Source: Octopus sinensis (taxonomy: Eukaryota). From it: a stretch of DNA of 64,000 nucleotides. The notes under the pieces were generated by a model that was not told the origin of the DNA, did no database searches, and was given only the letters and a program-made list of their open reading frames with translations. The position numbers and the translations under genes are program-made. Each line of letters opens with the position of its first letter. Within the stretch, counting starts at the first letter, position 1. This document shows positions 13,478 through 25,699 of this stretch, piece after piece. The stretch spans positions 97,464,001-97,528,000 of the forward strand of contig NC_043006.1 of the NCBI RefSeq assembly GCF_006345805.1. Direction: 5' to 3'.

Positions 13478-14588
13478 AGTAGCAACAATAACAATAGCAA
13501 GGCTAACAATGTATGAACCAACGACAAAATTATCAGCTGATCTGCTAGAAACAACTGTCAAATCTCTCCAAAACCACAGCCTTCTTTCATTTTAAACTGT
13601 GTTTTTCAATGCAGTGTCCCTGTGTACTGGGCAGTATTATTCTAATATCAGCCGTAGGACAGTGGCCTACAGTTTTGGTGGACTTGGGAAATCTGGACTT
13701 GAGAACCATCACCAGTGATATTTATGGGGGACCATCACCAGTGCTTAATACGTGACACTATCACCAGTGCTTTTTGCGTGGAACCATTACCCTGCTTTGT
13801 TATTGCATTCAATGTTGCGACCATAAATCCATCGCTAGTGTTCATGTGTACCTACCAGAAACTGGTGACTCGTCAACACCGAGTACTTTCTTGCTTCTTG
13901 TGTTGGTGAGTTCCTTATCAGTTATAACGGACAATGCCTAGCTCCTGTAATATTTCCGCACCCTTCCTTTTAACCTAATAGCAATTTTGTATTGTAGTTA
14001 TTGTTTTTGCTATATATTTCCTGCAAGCATCTAACTGTATCTTTTAATATTTGAATCTTTATGTATTTGATTGAAGTATTGATACTTTGTAGCTTTTTGA
14101 AAGTGGTGAGGTGTTGGGTGGATGTTTGGGAAGGAGATTTTAGTGTTTCTTTAAGAAAAAAGGATGAAGAAAATTCTTTAAGATTCGTACTGTTTTTTTT
14201 TTCCGTGGATTAGGAAGAAGAAAATTGGAAAAAAGTAAAAACAATGAAGAAATTGGGGTGGAGAGGGAGAAAATTGAAATATTGAGAACGCGTGTTTTTG
14301 CAAAATCTTAATCATTATCGAAAACACAGGAATCGGAAGAAATTTAGGAAAAAATAAGGTGGGGTGGGGAGCGTAAATGTTACCTCAGACATGCTAGAAA
14401 TAACAGGTAAAGGACAGGATTTTGGGAAAACTTCCTTTAAAGTTTATATCGAAGATCAAGTTTTTAAATACGCTCATCACAAACATGAATTACAGAACAG
14501 AAAAAGGTAATTTCAATTGAATTTGAGCCGTAATTTTGCCTGTGTACACAGCAAGAACTAACAGAATTCGTACATAAATTTTACCTAG

Positions 14589-14658
<70 letters not shown>

Positions 14659-15460
14659 TGTGTGTGTGCCGAAGGAATTTATTTTATGGCATTCTCTCGT
14701 TTGAAGCCGCAAAGTTGTCAACTCCATCATAAGGTTGAGTATATGGGATCATATGATTGCTCGTTAATTTCCGTAAAATATTTTAATCTTTTTAATGATT
14801 TGATGAGAGAAGAAATTGAAAAAGAGCATAAAGTGAAAGGTGAATTTGCTTTGAAGTGAGAGCAGAATGGGAAAGAGAGGCGAAAGTGAAAGATGTATAT
14901 ACGTGTATATGAAATAGACGTGTGTGCGTGTGCATATGTGTGTGTGAGAGAGTGGAATGACTGACTGTATTTTCTCATAACATACAGAGAAATGGACGTC
15001 TTTTAATGAGTGACTAATTCGGAAAATCATTACTTTCATTATTTACACATCGTTACTCCCATAATGTAACACTTTGTAATTTTGGTTAAAATTGAAAGTG
15101 TGAAACTATTTAGTGGCTGGCGACACGTGCGTCTCTGATCACGAGGAGAAGTAGTGTGAGTGTATCATAGCCACGTGCCGCGAGGAATTCTTTTGGATGC
15201 TTTGTTCATTTTCCTTAAACAACCCTTATTCAGGGACCTTTTGAGCAGGATGGGCCCACTCAACCTAAAGAAAATTCTAACTGGGTCATTCGCTGTTTAT
15301 CTTGATATAAGATCACCATGTCGTGCACATATGGTTGTAATGCATGTGTCTGGCGTACCCTTATCAGACGGGTAGTGATGATGGGTATATTGGGCTTCGT
15401 ATATTTTACCCCAGTGTCACTTTGATGGCACGCGCGGCTCTCTCACTCAATAATAATGTT

Positions 15461-15690
15461 AGGCGGCGAGCTGGCAGAATCGTTAGCACGCCGGGCGAAA
15501 TGCGTAGCCGTATTTCGTCTGCCGTTACGTTCTGAGGTCAAATTCCGCCGAGGTCGACCTTTCATCCTTTCGGGGTCGATTAAATAAGTACCAGTTACGC
15601 ACTGGGGTAGATATAATCGACTTAATCCGCTTGTCTGTCCTTGTTTGTCCCCTCTGTGTTTAGCCCCTTGTGGGTAGTAGAGAAATAATA
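15461..15690 (+). mobile_element. Young family B SINE (head-core-tail1)
   Basis: A box tggcagaatcgttag, B box ggtcaaattcc, tail ..gccccttgtgggtagtagagaaata followed by (TAA)n. Confidence 0.9.
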
Positions 15691-15699
15691 ATAATGTTA

Positions 15700-16430
15700 G
15701 GATAAATGTCGAATTGGAAGGGCCTAGGACTAGATTTAGTTCAAGGGTGCTGGCTAAGGAAATTCAGTAATTTTCAAGGGAGGCTGAGGGAATAAATTCA
15801 GGATTGCCTTAATGGAGGAATGATACCAGACTGGATGACCAGAAGGACAATACACATTATGAAAGATAAAAGCAAAGGTAATAGAGCTAGAAACTTAAAT
15901 TTTATAAACAAACAGAAAATTTCCCATTTGACAAATAAAAGAGAGTCAAGAAAATACGTGTCGCGAGAAATCAGTTGAATCAAATAATATAAACAGTAGG
16001 AAAAAACGACTGAAAAAACTGAAATGGGTCCATTGGACCCATTCGTAGACGGAAAGGTTAATACAGACTGTAAGAGTCTTCGGCAAAAAATTAGGTATGG
16101 AATTTGGCATAGATAAGTGTGCAATATTTATCATGAGAAGGGGACAGGTAGTCAACAGCGAAGGCATCCAATTACTTGATGGCCAGACATTAAAATCATT
16201 GAAAAGAGGGGAGAATTATAAGTATCTCGGAGTATTAGAATCTGATACAGTACTAACTACACAAATGAAAACGAAAATTGAAGAAGAGTACTTCAAAAGT
16301 GTAAGGAAGCTAAATGGTCCGAATCTAGTGAAGGCTGTAAATACTTGGGCAGTATCATTACTTAGATACTTAGCAGCTTTTGTAGATTGGACAAAAACTG
16401 AATTAGCAAAGCAGGACCGAAGAATTAGGA
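15700..16430 (+). mobile_element. Internally deleted R4/Dong-type LINE RT fragment
   Basis: IPDWMT..IMKDKSKG; GMEFGIDKCA..YKYLGVLESD..AVNTWAVSLLRY. Confidence 0.85.
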
Positions 16431-16454
16431 AGGAATCAAGGATTCCACCCAAGG

Positions 16455-16582
16455 GCAGGTACTTAATTTATCGACCCCGAAAGGATGAAAGATTTGAGCT
16501 GAGAGCGTAAAAACAGATGAACTGCCGCAAAGCACTTTGCCCGGTGTGCTAACGATTCTGCGAGCTCGTCGCCAATAATAAT

Positions 16583-16615
<33 letters not shown>

Positions 16616-16684
16616 AATAATAATAATAATAATAATAGTAATAATAACAATAATAATAATAATAATAATAATAGTAATAATAAC

Positions 16685-16717
<33 letters not shown>

Positions 16718-16930
16718 CCTTTGTACTAGAAGCAGAAGGCTTCAAATTTTGGGGAAGGGATTAAGTCGATTATATCGATCCCAGTGCGTAACTGGTACTT
16801 AATTTATCGACCCCGAAAAGATAAAAGGCAAAGTCGACCTCGGTGGAATTTGAACTCAGAACGTAAAGACGCACAAAAAATGCCGCTAAGCATTTTGTCC
16901 AGTATGCTACCGATTCTCTCAGCTCGTCAC
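16455..16930 (-). mobile_element. Two family B SINEs separated by a (CAA)/(TAA) microsatellite (16574-16716)
   Basis: Core and head motifs; trinucleotide tract read directly. Confidence 0.85.
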
Positions 16931-17642
16931 CATAGTAGTAGTAGTAGTATTAGCAGCAGTCATAGTGGTGGTGGTCGTAGTAATAGTCGTTCTCATCATT
17001 ATCATCTTCACTACCACCATCATCATCGTTATCATGTTTTCAACAGTTCAAGCAAACTTCAGGCACTTGATGTGTGTGCCTCTTGGTTCCTTAGAAGCGT
17101 AATTTTTATGCTTATAACCTTTATCACTTTCTTTGTTTTGTTACTGGGTTTGTATTTTTAATGATCCACCTGATCATTGAGTTAAATTTCCAGTAATTTA
17201 CTCTCTTTTTTTTTCTTTTACTTATTTGAGACATTAGACTGCAGCCATATTGTGGTACCATTCTAAAAGGGTCATTCGTTGAAATCGACTCCCTGTACTA
17301 AGGAGGCATAAAACAATCAAACGCATTTGCAAAACGCAGAGAGTAAACCCGCCCCCTCCAAAAAACATACCCACTTACAAAAGGATTGCTCACAGTTTCC
17401 ATTTACCATTTAATTCACAATATTTTGGTCAGCATGGGTTTGTAATTCATGAAACTTGCCAAAGGTACTGCAAAGTTGATCTGAACCTGAAATCATGAGA
17501 ATGCAAAGCAAGCTTCTTAACCATACAGCCACGTCTACATACATGAGCAGTGCACGTTTGTATGTATTATATGGTGCGTTTGTGTCAAGTTCTGAATGTG
17601 TTAAACAGTCATTAGAGACTTTATTCCGTGTATTCCTCAATG

Positions 17643-17701
<59 letters not shown>

Positions 17702-17712
17702 TACATATATAA

Positions 17713-17915
17713 ACTCTTTTACTCTTTTACTTGTGTCAGTCATTTGACTGCGGCCATGCTGGAGCATCGCCTTTAGTCGAGCAAATCGACCCCGGGACTT
17801 ATTCTTTGTAAGCCCAGTACTTATTCTATCGGTCTCTTTTTGCCGAACCGCTAAGTGACGGGGACGTAAGCACACCAGCATCGGTTGTCAAGCAATGCTA
17901 GAGGTACAAACACAG

Positions 17916-17986
<71 letters not shown>

Positions 17987-18198
17987 ATATATATATATAT
18001 ATATGTATATATAATATATAATATATATATATATATACATATATACGACAGGCTTCTTTCAGTTTCCGTCTACCAAATCCACTCACAAGGCATTGGTCGG
18101 CCCGGGGCTATAGCAGAAGACACTTGCCCAAGATGCCACGCAGTGGGATTGAACCCGGAACCATGTGGTTGGTTAGCAAGCTACTTACCACACAGCCA
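17713..18198 (-). mobile_element. Near-complete family A tRNA-SINE with internal (CA)/(TA) microsatellite
   Basis: Head tggctgtgtggtaagtagc..ggttcaatccc, ttgggcaagtgtc centre, tail gactgacacaag(taaaagag)2. Confidence 0.9.
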
Positions 18199-18200
18199 AT

Positions 18201-18589
18201 ATATATATTATTTATATTATATAGAGGGCATTACTATACATAAATGCCACACGCTAGAAGGGACTCTTAAAGTCAAAACTACCGAAATAAATAAACACAT
18301 CGTACCGAATGCGAGGGAATGCAACTTTCGAAGCGAGCCTTCTAAAAACAGAAGGCTCGCTTCGAAAGTTGCATTCCCTCGCATTCGGTACGATGTGTTT
18401 ATTAATTTTGGTAGTTTTGACTTTAAGAGTCCCTTCTAGCGTGTGGCATTTATGTATAGTAATGCCCTCTATATAATATAAATAATATATATTTAAGAGA
18501 AAATTTGATGGGTTTTCTTCTCTTATGAGGTTTTTCACGCTAACTACTTGATAAATTCTGATAAAAGATTTTATCCTATTTTAAAATTA
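18201..18589. repeat. 292-bp palindrome (143-bp arms, 6-nt loop) with a roughly 97-bp tail
   Basis: 18201-18343 is the reverse complement of 18350-18492 with 2 mismatches seen. Confidence 0.95.
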
Positions 18590-18859
18590 TATATATATAT
18601 CCCTGAAAAAAATTGTGTTACTCAGATCATTAAAGTAAAAATAACGTCAGAGCTTTTGAAAGACTATTTTTCAAAATGTGTACATCCACATATATAAAGA
18701 TTATTATCTATTTACTCTCTAAATGCTACCCATGTTTTCTTTAATGCTAGCAAAAATATGTTCAGAGCCCAAAGAAAAATTATGTTGATTGGATGATTAT
18801 AGTGAAAATAAATAATTTTGAGAAACCGCATTTATTTTGCAAATGAAATAAGTTAGAGG

Positions 18860-19370
18860 CAGAAGTGGAACACGTTTTATTTTTGTATAAAATCCCTTTG
18901 AACTTGAGTTTCATGGAAGACTGTTGGATCCTCGTATCTGCTTCAGAATTCATCCTTTTACGACAACTTTTATTTTTGTGTATGCAGAATATTTTGTCTC
19001 TTCACATGAAATTCCAAGTTAAAATGCAAAGTACTTTAATAGCTTTTCCTGATAGCTGAGGATATTCGTCTTTTATAGCATAACAAAATTCAATAAGTGG
19101 CAGTCTTTTAAATGCTATTTGTACAAAGTGGAGTCTGAAGTGATCTCAATAAATTTTTCATATTCCACTGCTTTTAAAATTCGTTGATATTCCATGCGTA
19201 TTGAATGGATCTCTAATCCGAATTTCAATTTGTAATATGAGACTTTGATCACTTGGAAAGTATTTATTTTCTGAATTATAAAGATCTAAATGCTGATGCA
19301 CTTCATTAAAGAACGCTGAAAGATTATTTGAATTAATGTGGTTACCTAATTCACTGGAATACATGTGCTG
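18860..19370 (-). mobile_element. hAT (Charlie/Buster-type) transposase C-terminal fossil
   Basis: KYFP..IRDPF..IKDEYPQLSGKAIKVL..RMNSEADTRIQQSSMK resembles the hAT dimerisation domain. Confidence 0.75.
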
Positions 19371-19699
19371 TGTAGATTCTGTTATGTTATTGGGTGTTGA
19401 TGCAATGTCAGTTGTACAGAATGTCTATATACAGTGTTATTGAAACGAACGTGTTTTCAAGGCGCTGCTGTACAGGAAAGGGGTGACGCATGATAAAACT
19501 CCATTCGCTTTTCAGATAAATCGCTCAGCGTTCGAATCCTGCCAAAGTTGACTACGTTTTGTTCTTCCAAAGGTCAAACGTGGCCGATCATTAAAATTAC
19601 ATAAATGCTACAAAATATGACCAAATTAGAAATTCTTCTTCTTCTTCTTCTTCTTACTACTACTACTACTACTACTACTACTACGTTCCGACTTCAAAA

Positions 19700-21135
19700 G
19701 CCATCGTGACCAACTTTGCCTTTCATCTTTCCGGGGTCAACAAACCTGGAAAAAATCAACTTGTCTTCTCCCCACAATTTCAGGCCTTGTGCCTTTAGTA
19801 GAAAGGATTATATTATTATTATTATTATTATTATTATGCTACTACTATTACTACCACTACTACTACAAAGACAGCTAAGTGACAGAGTCGTTAGCACGCC
19901 CAGTGAAATACTTTGCGGCATTTCGTCCGTCATTACGTTTTGAGTTCAAATTCTGCTGAGACCGAATCTGCCTTTCATCCTTTCGGGCTCGACAAAATAA
20001 ATACCTGTTGTGCAATGGCGTCGATGTAATCGAATCCTCCTTCCCTTAAAGTTACTGGCCTTATGCCAAATTTTAAAACCATTAATATTATTATTAAGAT
20101 GGCGAGCTGGCAGAATCGTTAGCACACTGGACGAAATGCTTAGCGGTATTTTGCCCGTCCCTACATTTTGTGTTCAAATTCCGCTGAGGTTGGCTTTGCC
20201 TTTCATCCTTTCGGAGTCGATAAATTAAGTACCAGTTACGCACTGGGGTTGATATAATCGACTTAATCCGTTTGTCTGTTCTTGTTTTCCCCTCTGTGTG
20301 TAGCCCCTTGTGGGCAGTAACGGAATAGGTACTTTGTCTGCCGCTACGTTCTGAGTTCAAATTCCGCCGAGGTTGACTTTGCCTTTCATCCTTTCGGGGT
20401 CGATTAGATAAGTACCAGTGAAACAGTGCGGTCAATGTAGTCAACTAAAATATCAGGCCTTGTGCCTACAATAGAAAGGACCTGCCAGAATCGTTAGCAC
20501 GCCGGACGAAATGCTTAGCGGTATTTTGTGTGCCGCTACACTCTGAGTTGAAATTCCGCCGAGGTCGATTTTGTCTTTCATCATTTCGGTGTCGATTAAA
20601 TAAGTACCAGTTACGCACTGGGATCAATGTAATCCACTTAATCCCTTCCCCAAAATATGAGGCCTTGTGCTTTCAGTAGAAATAATAATTATTATTATTG
20701 TAAAGGCGGTTGGTTGGTAGAATCATTATCGTGCTGGAAAAATGCTTTATAATATTTGTACTAGCTCTTACATTCTGTGTTGAAATCCCGTCGTTTTTCT
20801 TTCGAGGTTGATGGCATAAAATACCAGTCAAATAATGGAGTCGATAGTAACGTCTATACTTCATAAAACTGCTGGCCTAGTGCTTATATTTGAAAAAAAA
20901 ATTATTATTTTTATGACTAAAAAATAAACCATTGAGCTGACAGAATTGCTAGTACAACGGACAAAACACTGAGCCGTATTTCTTCCGTCTTTATGTTCTG
21001 AGTTCCAATTCCACCGAGGATGACCTTGTCTTCACCCTTTAGAGATAGGTAAAATAAGTTCCAGTTGGGGTCGATGTAATCAACATGTCCATCCCTCAAA
21101 ATTGCTGGCTTTGTACTGTAGAAGAAAGGATTATT
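19700..21135 (+). mobile_element. Head-to-tail cluster of about 7 family B SINE units, including a dimer at 20096-20480
   Basis: Repeated head, core and tail motifs joined by (TTA)n linkers. Confidence 0.85.
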
Positions 21136-22386
21136 CTGACGGCTAGAAATAAGGTAATAAGTGGGTAGAATCGTTAGCTTTTCAGAGAAAATGCTTTCTA
21201 TCCTTTTTGATAGCATTAAGGAATCCAAGTAAGCAAATTCTGAAAACGACTGTCTTACAGATTCACCACTAGACACAGAAACACAACTTGTGCAAATTCA
21301 CATCGCACGTAGGCTCCAACATGTATGTAAGGATATCAGGTTTGCCTCATGAGTTTGTCCTTGCAGATATATTTCCGGTTTCACGTTCTTATGAGAGAAA
21401 TTGTATCTCTTTTTTGTCACGATATCTTCCTTAAATGCAGTTGAATTTCGTAGGAATAAAAACAATATTTTACGTTGATAATCTAGAGGACAAAACATCA
21501 AAATATTACGCATGTCCATCTCAGCCAATCCACTTTCAGGAAGCGGCACGTTGATTTTCAGCAATATTTTATGGACTAATTAGAATCTGCTTTTAAAGTG
21601 ATAATCTTTATCTGATAAAAATTACCAAAAGAAAAGAAAGGCTGTCAGAAGCAGTTATCAAATGTGTGCACCAGTTAACCTAGATATAGAAGGAAAATAT
21701 TTCATCTGCTAGTGGGCATCTGAACATCGTTTCTTTTAAGTTCTGTCTGAATTCTGATCGTTATGGAATACATTTAATTCTGTAAACCAATAATAGGAAA
21801 ACATTTTTGCAACCATTTTTTCCCCCCAAAAAAAAGAAATAATTAGAAAACAAAGTCAGAACTGCAGTAATAAAAGTCATCAGATCGTTCGCGTAAAAAA
21901 AAAGAGAAAAGAAATAAAGGAAAAAATGAAGCTAAATTCATATTTAAGTGATTATTATTTTTCAATATTTATTTGATGTCTTGCAATCGATATGACCAAT
22001 AATATTTGATATTATTGATAACTTAATTGATTTTTTTCCTTTTAACATTTTGCTAAAATAACAGATAAATCAATCAATTATAATAAATAAATAAATATTT
22101 TTTTTAACAAGGAAGAATGGAATATCATCCTTTGAATCTAAACAAGTATGATTATTTTATCGACCATGTTAATTATTTTATTGATCGTGGCAGGAATTTG
22201 AACTCAGAAATTTTTGTGATAAAAACTAAAGACTGCAAAGCATTTAATCCTAGTTTAATCAGATCTGTCAATGAACTGCAGCAGTTGAGATAATTAAAAA
22301 TTATAACTTCTCACGTTGTCAAAATACTACACACTGTGATAAAGCAGTATTCGTATAATAAATTGAATTTGCTTTTTATCTTTCAG

Positions 22387-22442
22387 TCAGGAAGGAAGGC
22401 GTTGCCAATTACCCGTTAGAGGGCCATGGAGACTACTGGGAG
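22387..22442 (+). CDS. Candidate exon B (F-RKEGVANYPLEGHGDYWE, phase 1 to 0)
   Basis: tttttatctttcAG acceptor, GAG|GTAAAG donor, GC-richer island, open frame. Confidence 0.6.
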
Positions 22443-23212
22443 GTAAAGAGGAAGGTATCCTCAAACCAGAAACCTTGGCTTGTAACAGAGTGAACTCCTT
22501 TAAAAGTACTGAGCATGTCAAGCGATTGTGTTAAACTGAACGATGCGTTAAGTCTTTGTAGTAGTTTGTGGTCTGAAGCTAAAATAGTTGAATGATTTAT
22601 CTTGCGGAAAGTTTTATAGAGTAATCTTCTTTCAATAAGTTTCTCGAAACATCTACCTCAGGAGAAGTAATTCTTAATTATTCAAGAAGCTTCGCGTTTC
22701 TCTTGGAAGTTTCATTAATAAAAAATAATTAATAAAAAATGCTTGCTTGCCCTGCTCTTTGCTTCTTAGTCGACTAGACTCTGAGCCATTCACGTATTTG
22801 CTATGCCTGTTTATTTCTCTATGCCATATGACTGAAAAACCACAACTTACCTGTTATTTCTACATTTCTGAACTTCCTTGCATAGATTACTTCATTTAAC
22901 TAGATTCTACATTTTGATTATTTTTAATCAACAATCAATGAATAAAAAATAACTTTATGTAGTAAATATATAGTTCTTAAATTTATTCTTCTTCTTTGTA
23001 AGAATATACACGCAGCCATTTCAATAGTTATTACTGGACATATATTCTCCCTAATTCTTCAACCGAAGTATGCCATGGCAGGATTTGAACTCTGAACGTA
23101 AAAACCTGGAACAAATATTGCAAGGCATTCGGTCGATATCCTAAAAGTTCCACTATCCAACTGCCTTTCATTGATATGTTTTATTAATTCCGAAAGGAAG
23201 AAAGCCAAAGTT

Positions 23213-23437
23213 AAACATTCTGTGCCGTATGAATATGTCTCTCGTTTAAGAAACAGATTGGGTTTATTTACATTTCTGAAGAAAAAAAAGGTACCCTTCC
23301 CACCACCCCTAACCCTAAAACAGATTGAAATGCAATAGATCGATACTAGGGTCATAAATATGGGTGACAATTTCATATGACACCGCTAGAAAAAACTGCC
23401 GTTCAAACCGAAAAGATCCGAACTGCCTCCACGGACT
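23213..23437 (-). repeat. Inverted duplicate of 24488-24712 (MITE left half plus its flank)
   Basis: Near-identical reverse complement, including 18 bp outside the TIR. Confidence 0.9.
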
Positions 23438-23453
23438 CATATATTATATATAT

Positions 23454-23499
<46 letters not shown>

Positions 23500-23795
23500 A
23501 TATATATATACATATATTTATATATATAAACATATCTATTATATTATACATATAATTTTATATATATTACATATATATTTATATATATATATAATATTTA
23601 TATATATATATATACTACATATATATTTATATATATATATAATATATATATATATATATACATATATATTTTATATAATATAACATATATATTTAATATA
23701 TACATATATATTTATATATATATATATAGATTTATTTATATATATATATAAAAGCAGAATATATTTAAAAAAATAATATATATATAATATATATA

Positions 23796-23826
<31 letters not shown>

Positions 23827-24052
23827 ATATATAATATAATATATATATATACATATAATATATATATATATATAATATATACATATATAATATATATACA
23901 TAATATATATATACAGATATATTTATATATATATACATATATATTTATATATATATACATATATATTTATATATATATAATACATATATTTATATATATA
24001 TACATATATATTTCTATATAATACATATATATTTATATATATATACATATAC

Positions 24053-24088
<36 letters not shown>

Positions 24089-24115
24089 TATTTAAATATA
24101 TATACATATATAAAA
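23438..24115. repeat. Degenerate (TA)n tract of about 680 bp
   Basis: Direct reading; further long TA/TG/TATG tracts at about 7400-7750, 12160-12575, 28170-28600 and 61130-61530. Confidence 0.95.
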
Positions 24116-24505
24116 GGCAGAATATATTTTTAAAATAATAGATCCTTTCAACAATACACTAGGAACACTTGTGGTTTTTATTGATTAGACTAGCTTTAAA
24201 AGTTGAAATATTCTTACCTAATTTCAACCCGCGTAAGCTTATTGGAAACTTTCCTAACATAGCGTGATGAAACGTAACTTGGTTGCAGCTGCTTGAAGAA
24301 GAAAAATTCAATACCAAACTACAGAGACTGGCAATTAATGGCCAGTTTGTATTGAAAGAATCGCTCACTTCAGAAAGTTGTCTGCTAGGTTGGTAAGTTA
24401 TCAGAAATCTCATGTCTATAACATTTCAATATTTCGCTCCCAATTTTCTGTCGTCAGGTGTAAAAGAAACAGAAAAGGAGTTTCAAAAGTCCGTGGAGGC
24501 AGTTC

Positions 24506-24915
24506 GGATCTTTTCGGTTTGAACAGCAGTTTTTTCTAGCGGTGTCATATGAAATTGTCACCCATAATTATGACCCTAGTATCGATCTATTGCATTTCAA
24601 TCTGTTTTAGGGTTAGGGGTGGTGGGAAGGGTATCTTTTTTTTCTTCAGAAATGTAAATAAACCCAATCTGTTTCTTAAACGAGGGACATATTCATACGG
24701 CACAGAATGTTTTCACCTCAATAGACGTCATTGATTGGTTGAAATTGCAGAAATTGAAAAAAACAACAACAAATACCTCAAAAACTATAGAATTTTCTCA
24801 ATAAAGCCAAGAGAAAAAGATGTTTTATAAACACATTCTACCAGTATACGAAGTTTAAAGTGTTTAGTTACGTGGAAATTATTTAAAAAATTTGTCGGTC
24901 AAACCGAAAAGATCC
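24506..24915. mobile_element. 410-bp MITE with TIR GGATCTTTTCGGTTTGA and 8-bp TSD GGCAGTTC (possibly Merlin-type)
   Basis: TIRs and TSD (24498-24505, 24916-24923) read directly; superfamily inferred from GG ends and TSD length. Confidence 0.88.
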
Positions 24916-25291
24916 GGCAGTTCTTCTATTGCTATTAACGAATTGATTATAAATTAATAAATATCCATTTTTTTCATCTGTTTAAGATTTCGTACTTTTC
25001 GATCTAGTTTTATTTTTTATAAGCTCAAGTAAATGCCTCAAGCAGCTAAGGTAAAAGAAATGAGAAAATAAAAAAAAAAGGTCACCAAGACGGCGGATAT
25101 CGGAATCGATAATCGATAAATAATAGTTTTGGATCAAAAGCCTTCCGGTATTTAGTTACGTTTATTTATGTTATGAGTTTCAAATCCTTCGTAGGATATC
25201 TTTGATATTTATTTAACATTCGATAAAATAAAGTGCCAACGAAGCTCTGGAGTCGATTAAAAAAATTCCTATAAATCAGCTTTATGTGAAC

Positions 25292-25612
25292 GCGCGTGGC
25301 TTAGTAGTTAGTCTATTCGTCTCACGATCATAAGGTTGTGGGTTCAATTCCCAGCGATGCGTTGTGTCCTTGAGCAAGACACTTTATTTCACGTTGCTCC
25401 AGTCCTCTTAGCTGGCGAAAATGAGTTGTACCTGTAATTCAAAGGGCCAGCCGTGTCACATTCTGTATCATGCTGAATCTCCCTGAAAATTACGTTGAAG
25501 GCATACGTGTCTTTCGGGTGCACAGTTACTTGCCCGTTAATTTCACGGGGGCAGGCTGTTCCTTTGATCGGATCAACTTGAACCCTCGTCGTCGTAACCG
25601 ACGGTGTGCCAG
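25292..25612 (+). mobile_element. Family C tRNA-SINE, complete
   Basis: A box gtggcttagtagttag, B box ggttcaattcc, tail ..gtcgtaaccgacggtgtgcc shared with 53754-54120. Confidence 0.85.
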
Positions 25613-25699
25613 TTGAATTATTTTTGAAATGAATTAAATTATAATTGAAAGCTAAGTACATAAATAACCTACTCTATAGTTATGGGTTTTAAATATTTG

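Noticed and set aside
13703-13796. Four accatcaccagtg-like repeats at about 25-bp spacing
   Set aside because: Short degenerate minisatellite with no further support
17885-18538. Near-identical ORFs on both strands
   Set aside because: A consequence of the DNA palindrome
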